DNA of 64,000 bases from Lingula anatina (taxonomy: Eukaryota; Animalia; Brachiopoda), in NCBI GenBank assembly GCA_051362555.1, contig CM120647.1:19196651-19260650 (forward strand), in the 5' to 3' direction. The notes beneath the pieces are model-generated. The model made no database searches and was not told where the DNA came from. It was given only the letters and a program-made list of their open reading frames with translations. Positions 25,574 through 38,588 of the stretch are shown in pieces. The position numbers and the translations under genes were made by a program. Each line of letters starts with the position of its first letter. Positions within the stretch are counted from its first letter, which is position 1.

Positions 25574-26334
25574 GGAATATCAAGACACGCAGCAAATAAT
25601 TTGAAGCTTATTGTTAACAAATGCACACCCACATTGGTGATAACGTACGTTTAATGCAGTCATCATTTCACTTTCGATCTTAATGAATATTTGAAATCGG
25701 TATTTGCCGTTTGTGTTGAAATTATTATCTTAAGTTTTTGAATTAACAGATGAATTGCATTCAATAACTGTATGACATTTATTTTTACGTTTGATTATTG
25801 CAACTTATGCATCAGCGTGTACTGGCAAAAATGTACAGATGGACATGTACATGTATACACACAAAAATATTATCTAGTCGACAATTAAAAAGACATGCAA
25901 CTTAGCTCTGTTACATTTAATCTATACACTCCTGACGTGTCAAAGGGTTTTTAAATTAATGTGACAAAAACAGTACATGTATTAGGAAGCTGTCTTGTTC
26001 ATGTAAAAAAAAAAATATATATATATATAAATGTTCGTGTATCTTTGTTGCTACAAACATATAAATGGCGTCAGCTTAATGATAACGTAGCGAGATTACC
26101 ATTCACGTCACTTCCCCTACAACTTCGATCATTTATTGCAAGATACCGTAGAATGAGATGTTCAATAACAAACCAGTATTAGACACTTAATGTAAATCTG
26201 TTTTGATTTTTTTCATGTTGTCAGAAAAAGTTATAGCTGGCTTGATATGGCATACTTTTCAAACCATTCTATGACAGGTTTTGTGGCCAAAGAAAAGGTT
26301 GGATAGTTATATCTTTAATTTAGAAAATCATATG

Positions 26335-27685
26335 AGATGAAACCGGCCTATAAAGTCCAAAAATGTCCGCATGTACCTAAGTATATTTATCACGTAATAT
26401 ATTATTTACGGCGTTTGCGGTGAAAATATGGGGCAATGTCAAAAGGTTTATCTTCAGATGCATGGTACACCCAAGATCTAAGTAAATGTCCCACAAACAA
26501 AACCACGATAAAAAGCTGAACTTTGCTTACTGTCAATTTAAAGTAGATTATGTAGACAATTCAAAGACGACGCTGCCGCCGACATTTGCCTGGAAGACCA
26601 AGTTATACAAACAGGTCTCAGATAAAGATATTGATTCAAGTGCGGTGTTTGTATGCTTGTCTGGTAGACGATGGGATAGGCCTTAACAGCGTGAAACAGG
26701 GTTACGTACAGGTCACGCAGTATCCCACGAGCCAGTAGCTGCTTAGTATTCGGGTGCTGTTTATGCGCGTAGGAAGCAAATCTTAGTTATGGAGAGGGAT
26801 ATGGAAGCATTGGGAAACTTTAAATGTGTATGTTTTCATTACATTATGTGCATTTTGTAAGGGTAAATCGCCGGTTTATAATCCTGCAAGATATGCAAAA
26901 TGGACAATAGAAGTGTCACCCCTTCTGAACCAGTACTTTGGGGGAGATAAATGACTGTGGAATGTTATGCTCCTGGTATCATTTTGTTAACATCAAAGTC
27001 TACACCAAAAAATGTAGACCAGGCATTATAACTACTCAATATCTGCCTACTTTGATTATTGATTACTTGATTATTATTTGATTACTCTGATTCAGGGGGT
27101 GACACTTCTATTGTCCATTGTGTGTACGTGACATAACCAGTGTTCAATAAAAGACTACATGTAAATTTTAAAAAAATCCAGCTGTTGTTCACCTTTAAGT
27201 AAAATGGTGCAATACTTTTATCACCACTCTGTAGTTGTTCCTTAATTGTAATATGGTTTTTTAGCCGGAATTTAGACTGTTTTTATCTAGAATCTTAATC
27301 TTTCCTGGTCATGTTTATATTTTTTACATATCTTGGTAATTGTGTTTTAAGCACTTTTTTTTTAGGTTTACTGAACGTTCCAAATAGATTTTAGACTTTA
27401 GATATTAGACAAATGGCACACCAGAAATTTAAATTAAATGTTCAACAAGCAAAACCACGAAAAATGAAACTGGCTTATAACGCTTTAAAATGTCCGCATG
27501 TATCTAGTTTTACCGTGTAAAATATTATTTACGGCGTTCGCGGTGACGATATGGGGCAATGTCAAAAGGTTTATCTTCAGATGCATGGTACACCCAAGAT
27601 CTAAGTAAATGTCCAACAAACAAAACCACGATAAAAAGCTGAACTTTGCTTACTGTCAATTTAAAGTAGATTATGCAGACAATAA
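26335..27685. repeat. Near-identical ~215-bp direct duplication (26335-26560 vs 27463-27683); the first copy continues into segment C copy 2 (26486-26790)
   Basis: Shared atatggggcaatgtcaaaaggtttatcttcagatgcatggtacacccaagatctaagtaaatgtcc...tttaaagtagattatg. Confidence 0.8.
26894..27124. mobile_element. Tc1/mariner MITE, second copy (~230 bp, uninterrupted)
   Basis: tggacaatagaagtgtcaccc ... ggggtgacacttctattgtccattgtgtg|ta, colinear with the 15778 copy. Confidence 0.85.
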
Positions 27686-29431
27686 ACATTTCATTTATTA
27701 CAAGTAATGGTAAAATATTACTAGAAATGTAAAGATACGAAATTGTGTATACATTTTAACTTATAAAACAAAAGTGATTAGTCTCCCTATCCATCATTTA
27801 TGAAGTTTTACGACCATCTCTGCCCATCTTATGTTCGGCTTTTTTCGTTTTTTTTTTTTTTTTTTTTTTGAAAAATTGCAAAATGCACATACTATGGATT
27901 GACCTAAATCTACTTTTGGTGTATGTCCAAGGCGCTACTTAATTAACTATTATGGGGTACCTTAACTTTCTAATAATTTACTAAACAGAAATAAAAGATC
28001 AAAAGGAAAATAAATTTTAAAGAATTAAGCAATGCATCCATATTTGGTTTACTGCTGAAATACAGGAATAAAGTATTTTCGACAGCCTAAACTATCTGAT
28101 CGCAACTAATAAATAATACTTATAAAATATAGTGTTTAATAAAGTCGTTATAAAAATCTTATATAATAAAAACCTTTCAATAAATCCGCTTCTCTTCAAC
28201 CACGTAGTATGCATTTTCTAAGTGGTGGTGTTGGAGGGGGGTACTTTCAACATAAATAGATAAATTGAATAAAAACGTCACCGATGGGATTAATATGATC
28301 TTCAGCACCTCTTGCAAGGACATATTTAATCGTGGTAACAACGATGCCTAAAACATACTTTCATTTATCACTAGCTTAGCAGCGTGGTATCGACCATCTT
28401 TCCTAGACACCTACGCCTCTATTAATAGTGGAAGAAAAACAAGAAATCGTACTCAGTAGCCTACGTACGTCACGAACCGTGTCGCACAACCCTGATAGCC
28501 ACGTCCTTTCATTGCTGTAGTTGAGATGAACACAATCACCTGCATTATAATAATAATAAATTACACAAACTAGAATTTTATCCCTAATCTGTTTTAGCCT
28601 ACAGTCAATCTGGTCGAAGGACGTCATCAGACTGCGGTGGCCATTAGCTAATAACGGTAGGAAAATTCAAAACAGTGTTCAATAACAGAGGCCGAATATA
28701 TAAAAAATGTTATACCGGACAGAATAGCTGCTCCAGTTGAAATAGTGTTGTATGCTCGAACAAAGAAAATCAATTTTCATTTTCTTTTTTATTCTTAGTT
28801 ATTTTTAAACTCTCCTGAAATTTCCCAATCATTTTTATTTTTATTCTTATTTATATTTTTTACCCTGTCCTTAGTCGGTTAAAGTTCAGTGAAGTCAGTG
28901 GTCTAAAATCCTAGCCTTAAAGCCGATCATGATTTAAGCATTTTTGTTCTACAGGCCCCAGGACTCAAAACCTTCGGTTTAATCATTAAATTAAATTAAA
29001 TCTGTGTCATCCTTGTTTTTTTTCGACATCTTTCGTTAAGTGTAACGACTTTCGTTGCAGTCTCTTTCACCGAAGTTATCTCTGTATGCGGCGATACGAT
29101 CTTATGATGAGTTGTTGATTGTGGGCGAAATTTTGGTGGCAGACCCTAAAAAATGAAGGAAAATTTAAGTATGTCGTCTTTCGTTCAAGCCAAGAAAGTG
29201 ACCTTCTTCACAGCAGCAGAATATTCCAAGTAAGATTTTTTCAAGTAAGATTTCTTTGTCCAATTATTCCTTTATTTTTATTTAATTGTTATTTTAATAA
29301 ATATTCATTCATCTAATATCAGTTTGATATTTTCATAAAATATGTCCATCCATTATCAATAAATCATCTTTTCTCATTAGCTCAAACAACATTCTAATCT
29401 TTGTATTTAAATTTAATAACCTCTTAGGTAA

Positions 29432-29510
29432 AACTCCGTGGCACAGCGGTTTCGCGTCTGACCTCTGATAAGAAGGTTGCGTGTCCAATATTTTAAACAC
29501 GTCTCGGTCA
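29432..29510 (+). pseudogene. Degenerate tRNA-Trp-derived sequence, copy 3
   Basis: actccgtggcacagcggtttcgcgtctgacctctgataagaaggttgcgtgtccaata...cacgtctcggtca retains both tRNA-Trp ends, with an insertion in the T arm. Confidence 0.7.
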
Positions 29511-31828
29511 TATTGCTTTGTTTTTAAATGTAATCCAGGAAATTGCGCGTCCTTTGGACATACCTTCATACTTTTACTGTATCCCCCAATTGATGTAATA
29601 AGTCTTTTTTTTAAATCTTAGAAGTTTATAGCAAAATAAATTATCAAATGTGTGTCAGTTGGTATGCTGTAAACAATTTAAAATGGAGGCGGGAGCTGAC
29701 AAGGTAACAATTCAGTCAAAAATACTCCTCTTGCTCGATCCTTTGGCTTATGACTTGCTCGCGATCGGTAGCGTGGTAGTCCCCCTTCAACTTCACCAAC
29801 CCCAAACCCAAACTCAATACCACATCTGTGATGAGAATAGGAAAAAAAACAGAACATCTTACGGTTACGCCACGAATCAAGTCTCAATATATAAGAACTG
29901 CCAGTCTTTTCATTGCTGTAGTTGAGATTAACACAATCAACTGTTGAGCCCTTACTGCCAGCAATTTCAAAGGGAGTGTCTGTAAAAAGTCATTTGTTAC
30001 TTCTCATGGCCAAAAACAGTGGTTGTTAACGCTACTGTCTTATACAATTAATCATATATACGTTTTGTGCCTCTACCAGCCCCTCCCAACCCCAACCCAT
30101 TAGGAAAACCAAATGTCCACAAATGTAATTTTAATTAAAAAAAAAAGAAAAAAAAAAAACTCGTGTTTATAACAAATAATTAAATGATGCAGCCAGTCAG
30201 AGCACTCAGCTGAGTCTCTTGAAGGATCTACACATTGCTACAGTTGAGCTTAGAAACACAATTATCATGTAGCACAATTGCCCAGTATTGAATTATATTA
30301 TTATGCTGAGTCTCAGTCCTGGTGTTAATATGATAAGAACTGTACCAAGATACAAGTTGTGTTTGTGAACTGATAACCTAGATGCTTTAAGAGTTCTTCA
30401 AACTTCAAAGTTTCAAACCAGTTTATGTATAATAAGATTGCTAGAAATTACTTAGACACGCAAAGGACGAACAGCTTAATAAAATGACAATTATATAAAT
30501 CACTGATTGAATAAATAATATAATAATAAATAAATAAACACAAACAACCAGCACCTGTGTTGCATTCGCAGTAATTATTCATTTTCAGATAAATTGATGA
30601 AAAAAGGGAAATAAAATTGTCACATGTTTATGTGCCCTCTCACCTTTGGAGGAGATTCAATACTGCCTGTCATTTCATACAGAACTACTTCCCTAAAGAT
30701 CTGCAAATGCCCGAACAATCTTGATCAATCAAGGGACTTTTTTTAGTTAATATAAACACGTGAAAGCTGAAGGAGTCTGGTGAGATTACATAAGTCATGC
30801 TAGGTAAATTTGTTTTCAAGCGTCTGTAAGATAATCACATGTAAAGTTAATAAATATAAACACAGTCGGCACGTCGCAAAATGAACTTTATTTGGAACTG
30901 CTTGCTCTTTTAAGCATACTACATGCGTTTTTCCAAAAACTATTTATCTAGTGTCTAACATACATTCTTTTGGATAACAAATATATCTCAAGGATATTGT
31001 AACCCATTATTATAATCCAGATACCGAAAATAATGCATCTATTTTTGTGCTGATTTAAAACAACAAAAAGGCCCTAAAAAATACAAAATGTCGGCATTAC
31101 AATTCTCGTTGCAATGTAAAAGCATAGTGCGTGTAGGCGTCTCAAAGCTTTAAATCCCTGAACGAGATTTCATCACGAAAATCGGCAGAGTTGATCAGGT
31201 ACAAAACATTCTATTTCTCTTCATCACCCCTTTTCTTAAGACCTTTTTAATACCTTCCGCCTTTAATCAGCTATAGTTTAATATTTACGTGCATATAGTC
31301 CTATATGCATATGAAATGAAAATATAATGGTATATAAAAAAATAGCTTTTACTCATCAGCAGTACATATTTTAATGAGCAAAATGGATTTTAATTATTCT
31401 ATTGAACCGGCATTTTATTTTATCGACAGATCAGATCAATCTTCGTTTTATACTTTTATGTATAAACATGACAATAAATTTTAAAATTACTATTAAAAAA
31501 TTATGAATATTAAGAGGAACACTGCAAGAATTACTTAGCACATCTGAAGCCAGCAAGTACAAGCGTAACAAAAATTATGAACATGGGGTTTCCTCACTTT
31601 ATGCAAATGCGATCATACTATTATTATTATTATCATTAACATGCATGGATTTAGAGAAAATCAATTGACATTGCAGCCTTAATCAAAGTCAGTTAAAAAT
31701 AATAATTTTTAAAAACAGTCAGTTTTTGCATACTTTGAGGATAGAAGAGCTTTATAACATCCGTCTGCTACTACACAGACTTCATTTTTGTTAGAGTCGT
31801 CATAAGTCAGGCACACACCTTAGCTTCA

Positions 31829-32065
31829 TTACTGGTCTGTGAGTTTAACGATGAATCTGTTACTTCGATCCCCAGCGTACAAAACTGCAGAGATGTCATC
31901 CCCTTGGAGAGATATCTCTGCGTTCTTCCATACCCACTCTGGCTTGTAACCAATCAGGGTAATAGCAGCTTGTACCACGTTATTGTCGCGTGGTGAAAGA
32001 TTTTTTCCTTTCTTTAAGTCTTGGAGATGTCGTGGCAAAATCCGCGATCCACAATTCACATGATT
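31829..32065 (-). pseudogene. Family A tandem-duplicated exon 2 (A2'), C-terminal tail missing
   Basis: Acceptor ttttattcttacag|AAT CAT GTG. Reads NHVNCGSRILPRHLQDLKKGKNLSPRD...RFIVKLTDQ*. It may be expressed by splicing from the exon 1 at 32595. Confidence 0.65.
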
Positions 32066-32077
32066 CTGTAAGAATAA

Positions 32078-32163
<86 letters not shown>

Positions 32164-32284
32164 CATAGTTAAAAATAATAATTTTAAAAAACAGTCAGTT
32201 TTTTGCATACTTTGAGGATAGGCAGAGCTTTATAACATCCGTCTGCTACTACACAGACTTCATTTTTGTTAGAGTCGTCATAAG

Positions 32285-32595
32285 TCAGGCACAGACCTTA
32301 GCCTTCATTACTGGTCTTGTGAGGTTCACGGTGAATCTGTTACTTCGATCCCCAGCGTACAAAACTGCAGAGATGTCATCCCCTTGGAGAGATATCTCTG
32401 CATTCTTCCATACCCACTCTGGCTTGTCACCAATCAGGGTAATAGCAGCTTGTACCACGTTATTGTCGCGTGGTGAAAGATTTTTTCCTTTCTTTAAGGC
32501 TTGGACATTTCGTGGCGTAATGCACGATCCACAATTCACATCAACCTGTGGGTATATATATATCGGTTAAAAAAAGAGTGACTTACCGTGGTCAT
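32285..32595 (-). pseudogene. Family A copy 2: exon 1 MTT (32595-32587), 41-nt intron, exon 2 32545-32285; ~200-nt deletion removes the hydrophobic tail
   Basis: Alignment to A3 shows a jump from ...NLT to the 3' UTR string aagtcaggcaca. The intron is shortened from 152 nt in A3 to 41 nt. Confidence 0.7.
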
Positions 32596-32986
32596 TTTCA
32601 AATGTATTAATTATGCCCGTTAGAAGTTGCTTTTCCCCAACCTTTCGGCTACAGTTTGTGAACTGCGAATCTCGTCAACTGCCACTGAGTCATGGCTAAT
32701 CTAAATAGGAGGTGACACAAGAACAACACCTTTACGTTCAAAAAGCCCCCTTTGCTTTTGATTTTGAAAATTCAACATTGAATGCAGGGAATTTTACATG
32801 CAAACTACCTAAGTAACTATGATTTGGAAAAATCCCGGTGTAAGTAGTATGAAAAGAAAATGCTTTTTTATCATTTATGACTCAACAATTTATTTGCACA
32901 ACTCTACTGAAACGTAATCATGTTATTGACACATGGGGAGTTGGAGTTAAATCAAACTACGAGTCTGACTTTGGTTAGAACACACG

Positions 32987-33975
32987 ATTGGGAACACTTC
33001 TTCTCGCTCACCTTCTGAAGACAATGAAAATACATGTAAACCTTCTAAAGACATCGAAGATGAACTTTCTGTAAACATCGAAGATAAACCTTTGGAAGAT
33101 AACGAAGATAAACCTTCGGAGGACAACAAAGGTAAACCTGCTTCTTTCCTAAGTTCTTTTTTGACCTGGATCAGATTCGAAGACAAACCTAAGGACTTCA
33201 ACTATGATGGGCAGGTATTTAATTTTGTCGAACTTAACATAATTCCCTATTAAAGCAATGGACTTTTCTTTTATTCGGATTAATTCAAATGTTTTTACAC
33301 TTTAAATGGTTAATCTTGGCGCCATTTTGTATAACTTTGTTGACTCACTAACGGCGTGGCACAAGAATGACTGTGATGACCAATATCCAATGGCCTACCA
33401 GTAGGTGTCGAGTAGCCCCCCCCTCCCCCCTCCCCCCCCCCCCCCCCTCCCCCCCCCCCCCCCCCCCCCCCACCGTAGCTCATTGCGTTTGGCAAGAATG
33501 GTAGCGTAAAGATATTGCACACAGTATTTTAAGACAGTTTCTCAGTTAAGTATACATGTATAGGATAAAAATGCTAACAACTTTCTACACATTTATTTCT
33601 ACTTCGCCAAGGCTTAAATAAATACGCACATTACTGTATAGTACTTTTTTTTCTTATATTACAATATTTATTTATTTTTAGATGAAAGTCAAGGAAATCA
33701 ACAAAATCGCTCTCGGTCGTTTTATTGTGAAATGGGTTGGAAATGAGGGTACGGTTGATACCTACGAGTCACAGGAATTGAGGGAAATTCTACAGCATGC
33801 AATTTCCTGCCTGGAAACGCGATCAAAAGAAGTTTGGACTAATGCTGCGTTGGAGATATACGACAAAGAGGGGAGGGTGTTTAGCGTTTGTTCTGGTGAC
33901 GCAAAATATAAGTTTCTCTTGTCACACGACGGGAGAAATGAACCAAAGTTAACACCAGTGAAGACATTTTACTGA
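32987..33975 (+). pseudogene. Family B copy 2: exon 1 32987-33214 with the start codon mutated (ATG to ATT); exon 2 33682-33975 intact and beginning with ATG
   Basis: cacacgATTGGGAAC vs cacacgATGGGGAAC in B3. The frame is otherwise open to GGG CAG|gtattt. A 97-aa product lacking the MGN N-terminus remains possible. Confidence 0.7.
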
Positions 33976-34924
33976 GGAAAATCAAAACTCTCTGTACATT
34001 ATGGAAGTTAATTATAAACAAATGCGCTGTTGTTAATTAAAATTTAAAGAAAAACCTTACTATAGCAAATTGAAACATTCTGCTGATGAAATATTTGAAC
34101 ATCTTGTGTTTGGACAGGCATTTACTATATTTCGGAATTGGTCTCCTGTAATGAATTGCCTCTTGTGACTGCATAACGTGTTATATTTGCTAATGTCAGG
34201 TGGAATAAAAAATATATGAATTCATTTTATTACAAGAAACAAGACTTTTTAGAAGACTTGAAGTTGATAATGAACCAAGATAGACTTGGCTTGAAAGATT
34301 GCTCTGCTAGTTCTGCAACGCTGTACCACAACCACATATGCTTCAACGACATATTCAGTTACTGTAGGTCACATAAGTACATTGTAAATAAAACCGAATT
34401 TTTAAAATTTTCTTTATGAAACGTCTTTCGAAAATGTCTATGTTTTAGAATAAAATGGCATTATTGAGGCAAAAAATATTGTGCTGTTATAATATACTAT
34501 GTAAAATCATATAAATTTATTCAAACTGGCGTGCACATGGTTTCCACATAAAAGTCCCATTTCTTGATTAAGCATTAGAAGGGCCATTTTATCGAAAGCG
34601 ATTAAAAAAGGACACTGTTTTTCCACATGACCCCCCCTTTCTTATAAACAGCACTATATATGTGTGTTTACAGTGGCTGATAGCGAATAAAGGGACCAGC
34701 TGTCGATATGCTGTGCAAAAAAGGGACTAAGATGACTTGGACATATGGAGTAGATGAATGATGCATACTAAAATCCCAAATCAGCTGTCACCTGTATTAT
34801 TTGACCAATTGGTTCAGGGTAACAATCTCAGAGGATGACCATGGTTGAGACTCAAGGACACAAGGACACTTTAACTCACCACGGCGTCTCTCACGTTATA
34901 ATACTGAGAATGGCCATATTTTAG

Positions 34925-35287
34925 AACATCCTGTTTTAGAGAAGGGGTACACGTGCCTCAAAAGTTATAGTGATGGGGCTTTTATAATCTATGCCCCCAA
35001 ATTATGGAATGCCTTACCAAATTTTATTAGAAAAGAAGAAGACTTAAACAGTTTTAAATCCCTTCTTAAAACTCACATCTTTAAATCTCTCTATATCTCT
35101 TAGGTTTTTCATATGTTTTAATGTTTTTAGTAGTGTTAATTTTAAATGGTTTCCAATGAGTGTTTTAGATTAAAATATTGTAGTCATTTTGATGATTTTA
35201 GTTATTTTATTCATTATTGTAAGGCGCCTTGAGGTAGCACGTAAGGCGCCATATAAGAAGATGATGATGATGATTATTATTATTATA
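34925..35287 (+). mobile_element. L2/CR1-type LINE 3' fragment
   Basis: LKSYSDGAFIIYAPKLWNALPNFIRKEEDLNSFKSLLKTHIFK, then a 3' stem-loop (gcgcctt...aaggcgc) and a (gat)n(tat)n tail. Confidence 0.8.
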
Positions 35288-35970
35288 CTTGCAAACGCAG
35301 CATGTTTAATTCCACACTGACACACAGTAAACAAAGAAGCAAAATGAATGATGTATGTCATGTTAATTTATTTTACAAAATGAGAATAGAAAAAGAAGAC
35401 AATTATTTAAAATGGTATATTCGAGAAATCCTTTTTAAGTATTTCTTAAATACATGCCCCAACCCCATTAATTGAAATCTTTTTTATGACATTTTTATTC
35501 TTCTTGTTGGTTTTGGGGCATATGGAAGTTTTACTAGCAAAACGAGACTAGAATTCAATCAAATCATTAATTAAATTTGCATATGCCTTTTTTAAAGAAT
35601 CGTCATTTGATTATTATAACTTTAAATTTTAAAAATAAATGGCCAATGTTAAGAATTCACAGTTACTATAGTACTTTCGTGTCCACTGATTCCCTTTTTC
35701 TCGTTTACTTATTTATTAAAATGCTCATTAATCTAATATAAGTTTGTACTTTGGATAAATATATTTATTCACCCATTGCCAATTAATCGTATTTATTCAT
35801 TAGCTCAAATAACATTCTAAGTATTGTATTTAATTTGAAAGCCAATGTCCCTTTTTCAATTATGCCAGCTTTTAACAAATAGAAGAGAAACTGGTACAGA
35901 CGATATGAACGTCAACAGAGAAATGATTATTCGTAACCAATTACTATTTGATTTGTAACCGCTTAGTGGA

Positions 35971-36048
35971 GACTCCGTGGTGCAACGGTAGCGAGTCTGA
36001 TCTGTGAGAAGAAGTTGGGTCTTCAATATGTTCAGCACAGTGCGGTCA
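35971..36048 (+). pseudogene. Degenerate tRNA-Trp-derived sequence, copy 4
   Basis: gactccgtggtgcaacggtagcgagtctgatc...gcggtca. Confidence 0.65.
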
Positions 36049-36308
36049 TAAAGCTTTATTTCTTTGATGTAAGCCAGGAAATCGCGCGTCTTCTGGACAA
36101 AAGAGGAGTTTTTTCGTACCTTTACTGTATCCCCCAATTGATGTAATGTGTTAGCATTTATTGCATCCATGCAAAGAGTAGGTTTGCTGTAAACAATTCA
36201 AATGGTGGTGAGAGCTAACAAGGTAACAATTCAGTAAAAAAACTCCTCTTGCTCGATCTTTTCGCTTATGACTTGCTCGGTAGCATGGTACACCCCCCCC
36301 CCCCCCCC

Positions 36309-36342
<34 letters not shown>

Positions 36343-37574
36343 CCTTTCTGTACATTGCTGTAGTGAAGATGAACACAATCAACTGCTGAGCCGTTACTGA
36401 CTCGCTATTTACAGAGTTCGTAGTCCAGACATCCCAGTTGACCATTTGAGGGAGTCGGCTCTGCCTGAAGACTTCTGAAGACTTCGTTCGTCAATAAGAC
36501 TTCTTTAAAACCAAAACCGGAAAAGAGTCACGCCTGGCCAGAAATTTCAAAGGGAGGGGTTATAAAAATTCATTTGATACGACATGTATATGTATCGTGC
36601 ACCAATTTAAACTAAACTGCAACATTTTTAAGTATTTCAGAACTTTTGGAGAACATCTTGGTGATGGGTTTGTGTAGCCAGGATTATTTGAAGGGAGGTC
36701 CGCGTATGCAAATTCCAGCCTTCACCCCCCCCCCCCCCCCGGGGGTGGCGTGGGGTTTGGGACCCGCTGAGGAGCCCCGAATTTTTTTTTTTTTTTTTGG
36801 GGGGGGGGGGGTACGGTTTAGTAGTGTGAACCAGCTAGTCAAAATTCTAATTCCAAGAGGGGAATATTAATATGATTTTTATTCACAAACCGAAGGGGGG
36901 GGGGCATGAAAACCCCGGCCCACCCAATCCCAACCCAATAGGAAAATATGTCTGCAAATGTCTTTAATACATAGAACTGTTGAATAAAAACTCGTGTTTA
37001 TAACAAATGATTAAATGTTGTGTGATGAGGACTGTGCGTGAGCTCTGAGAAAACTCTCGGCAACAGGCAGTAAGTCTGTATACTTTGCCACCGAAATTTT
37101 TATAAAATGCACTATGAACTATTGAAGAAAAAGCTAAGAAAGAGTTTAGGACTCAATGTTCTCTGCGTGGGTCTTTTTGAAAGTTTTTTTTCTCATCACT
37201 CCTTGATCGGGACATTACGTTACGTCGTTACGAGGGAGGTGAGTGTTACTAAGAACTTATGAAAATATTCAATTACTAAAAGATTGCGTCGAACATTCCG
37301 GACAGCGAACAACAGATACACCGCGCGCTTAATATTGCTAAAAACTATATACCTTTGGAAAAATACAATTATAACATATATACGCATACAGTATATGCAT
37401 ACGTGGACCTGAACAGTTGTCAACACGTATAGGACTATGCACTGACCTATAAAGAGCTATCAATGAACACACCCCATCCTTAGACTGCGAATTCATGCAT
37501 GGTCAAATTAGGCCAATAACAAAGGCAATAAGCATCTCTCCTATTCTTTTCATCCCCGTATATAGCAGAGAACA

Positions 37575-38588
37575 GTGACTATGAGTACCCGAGGGACAAA
37601 GTCAAAATATTTCAGTGCAAATACTAAAGAATCTAAGCAAACAAAGGGGACAAAAATGTCCAATAAAAATAGCAAAGAAGAAATAATAGAACGCAATGAC
37701 TCCCCTGAAATTACGCAGGCACCCAAAAGGCCACATTGTGAAATCTCAAACACCAGCGGTGAACTCTCTCTTGTCAGCGGTGATGAATCGGTATCCCTCA
37801 TGACGAAACTGGAGGAGATTGAATATGAAATAAAGCAAACCGTTAAGAAGGAGGACCTTAGTGAAATTATTAAAACAGTTGTCGGCGAAACAGTCAAAGA
37901 AATGAATGCTAAGTTACAGAACCTGGAAATAAAAATTGACGAAATCAGAGAAAGTAGTAAAATAGAAAATGAGGAAAATAAAAGGAAAATAGGAGTTCTA
38001 CAAGACAAAATTGACGGACTAGAGCTGGAGAATCATAATTTGAGACAAACATTACGAGAAAATGACCAACGCATCGACAAAATGAACAGAGCGATGAAAG
38101 AGGCAGCCAAGGTAGCTTCGTCGGCAATGATAAAAGCCAACCATAATGAACAATACAGCCGAAAAAACAATGTAAAAATATATGGCATCCCGGAGTCTGA
38201 ATCGGGCGATCAGACAACTTCTGCCCTAGTAATTAAAACATTAAAAGAGAAGATACAGGAAGAGGTGAAAGGCGATGATATTGTGGCAGTGCACAGGATT
38301 CCCGGCAAACCAGGGGAACCCAGGCCGATCATCTTAAAGTTAAAAAACACAGAGATAAAATCCCGTATCATGCGCAAAAGGGGTGTGTTAAAAAGGTCCG
38401 ACAGAGCCCTGAGGCTAGCAGACGATGTTACAAAAGAAAACAAGGATCTACTTAAATTGCTGAATGACCATCCGGAATGTGAAAGTGCGTGGTATTTTAA
38501 TGGCAGCATATATGCCAAGATTAACGGCAAGGAAGGCAAGAAAAAATTCGACATCGGGGACGACATTGGAACAAAAATTCGTCACTAA
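37575..38588 (+). CDS. LINE ORF1p (coiled coil + RRM-like, L1 ORF1/Transposase_22 type)
   Basis: 337-aa ORF with a heptad-rich region followed by NEQYSRKNNVKIYGIPE...VHRIPGKPGEPRPIILKL...LADDVT. The likely ATG is at 37581. Confidence 0.9.
   Translation: MTMSTRGTKSKYFSANTKESKQTKGTKMSNKNSKEEIIERNDSPEITQAPKRPHCEISNTSGELSLVSGDESVSLMTKLEEIEYEIKQTVKKEDLSEIIKTVVGETVKEMNAKLQNLEIKIDEIRESSKIENEENKRKIGVLQDKIDGLELENHNLRQTLRENDQRIDKMNRAMKEAAKVASSAMIKANHNEQYSRKNNVKIYGIPESESGDQTTSALVIKTLKEKIQEEVKGDDIVAVHRIPGKPGEPRPIILKLKNTEIKSRIMRKRGVLKRSDRALRLADDVTKENKDLLKLLNDHPECESAWYFNGSIYAKINGKEGKKKFDIGDDIGTKIRH

Larger units (their letters stand above)
29270..34720. repeat. Cassette unit 2; segmental duplicate of unit 3 (~35700-37017 + 45147-49770)
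   Basis: Long colinear high-identity stretches, e.g. 30240-30510 vs 45210-45480, 31140-31230 vs 46195-46290 and 33682-34030 vs 48557-48905. Confidence 0.9.
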
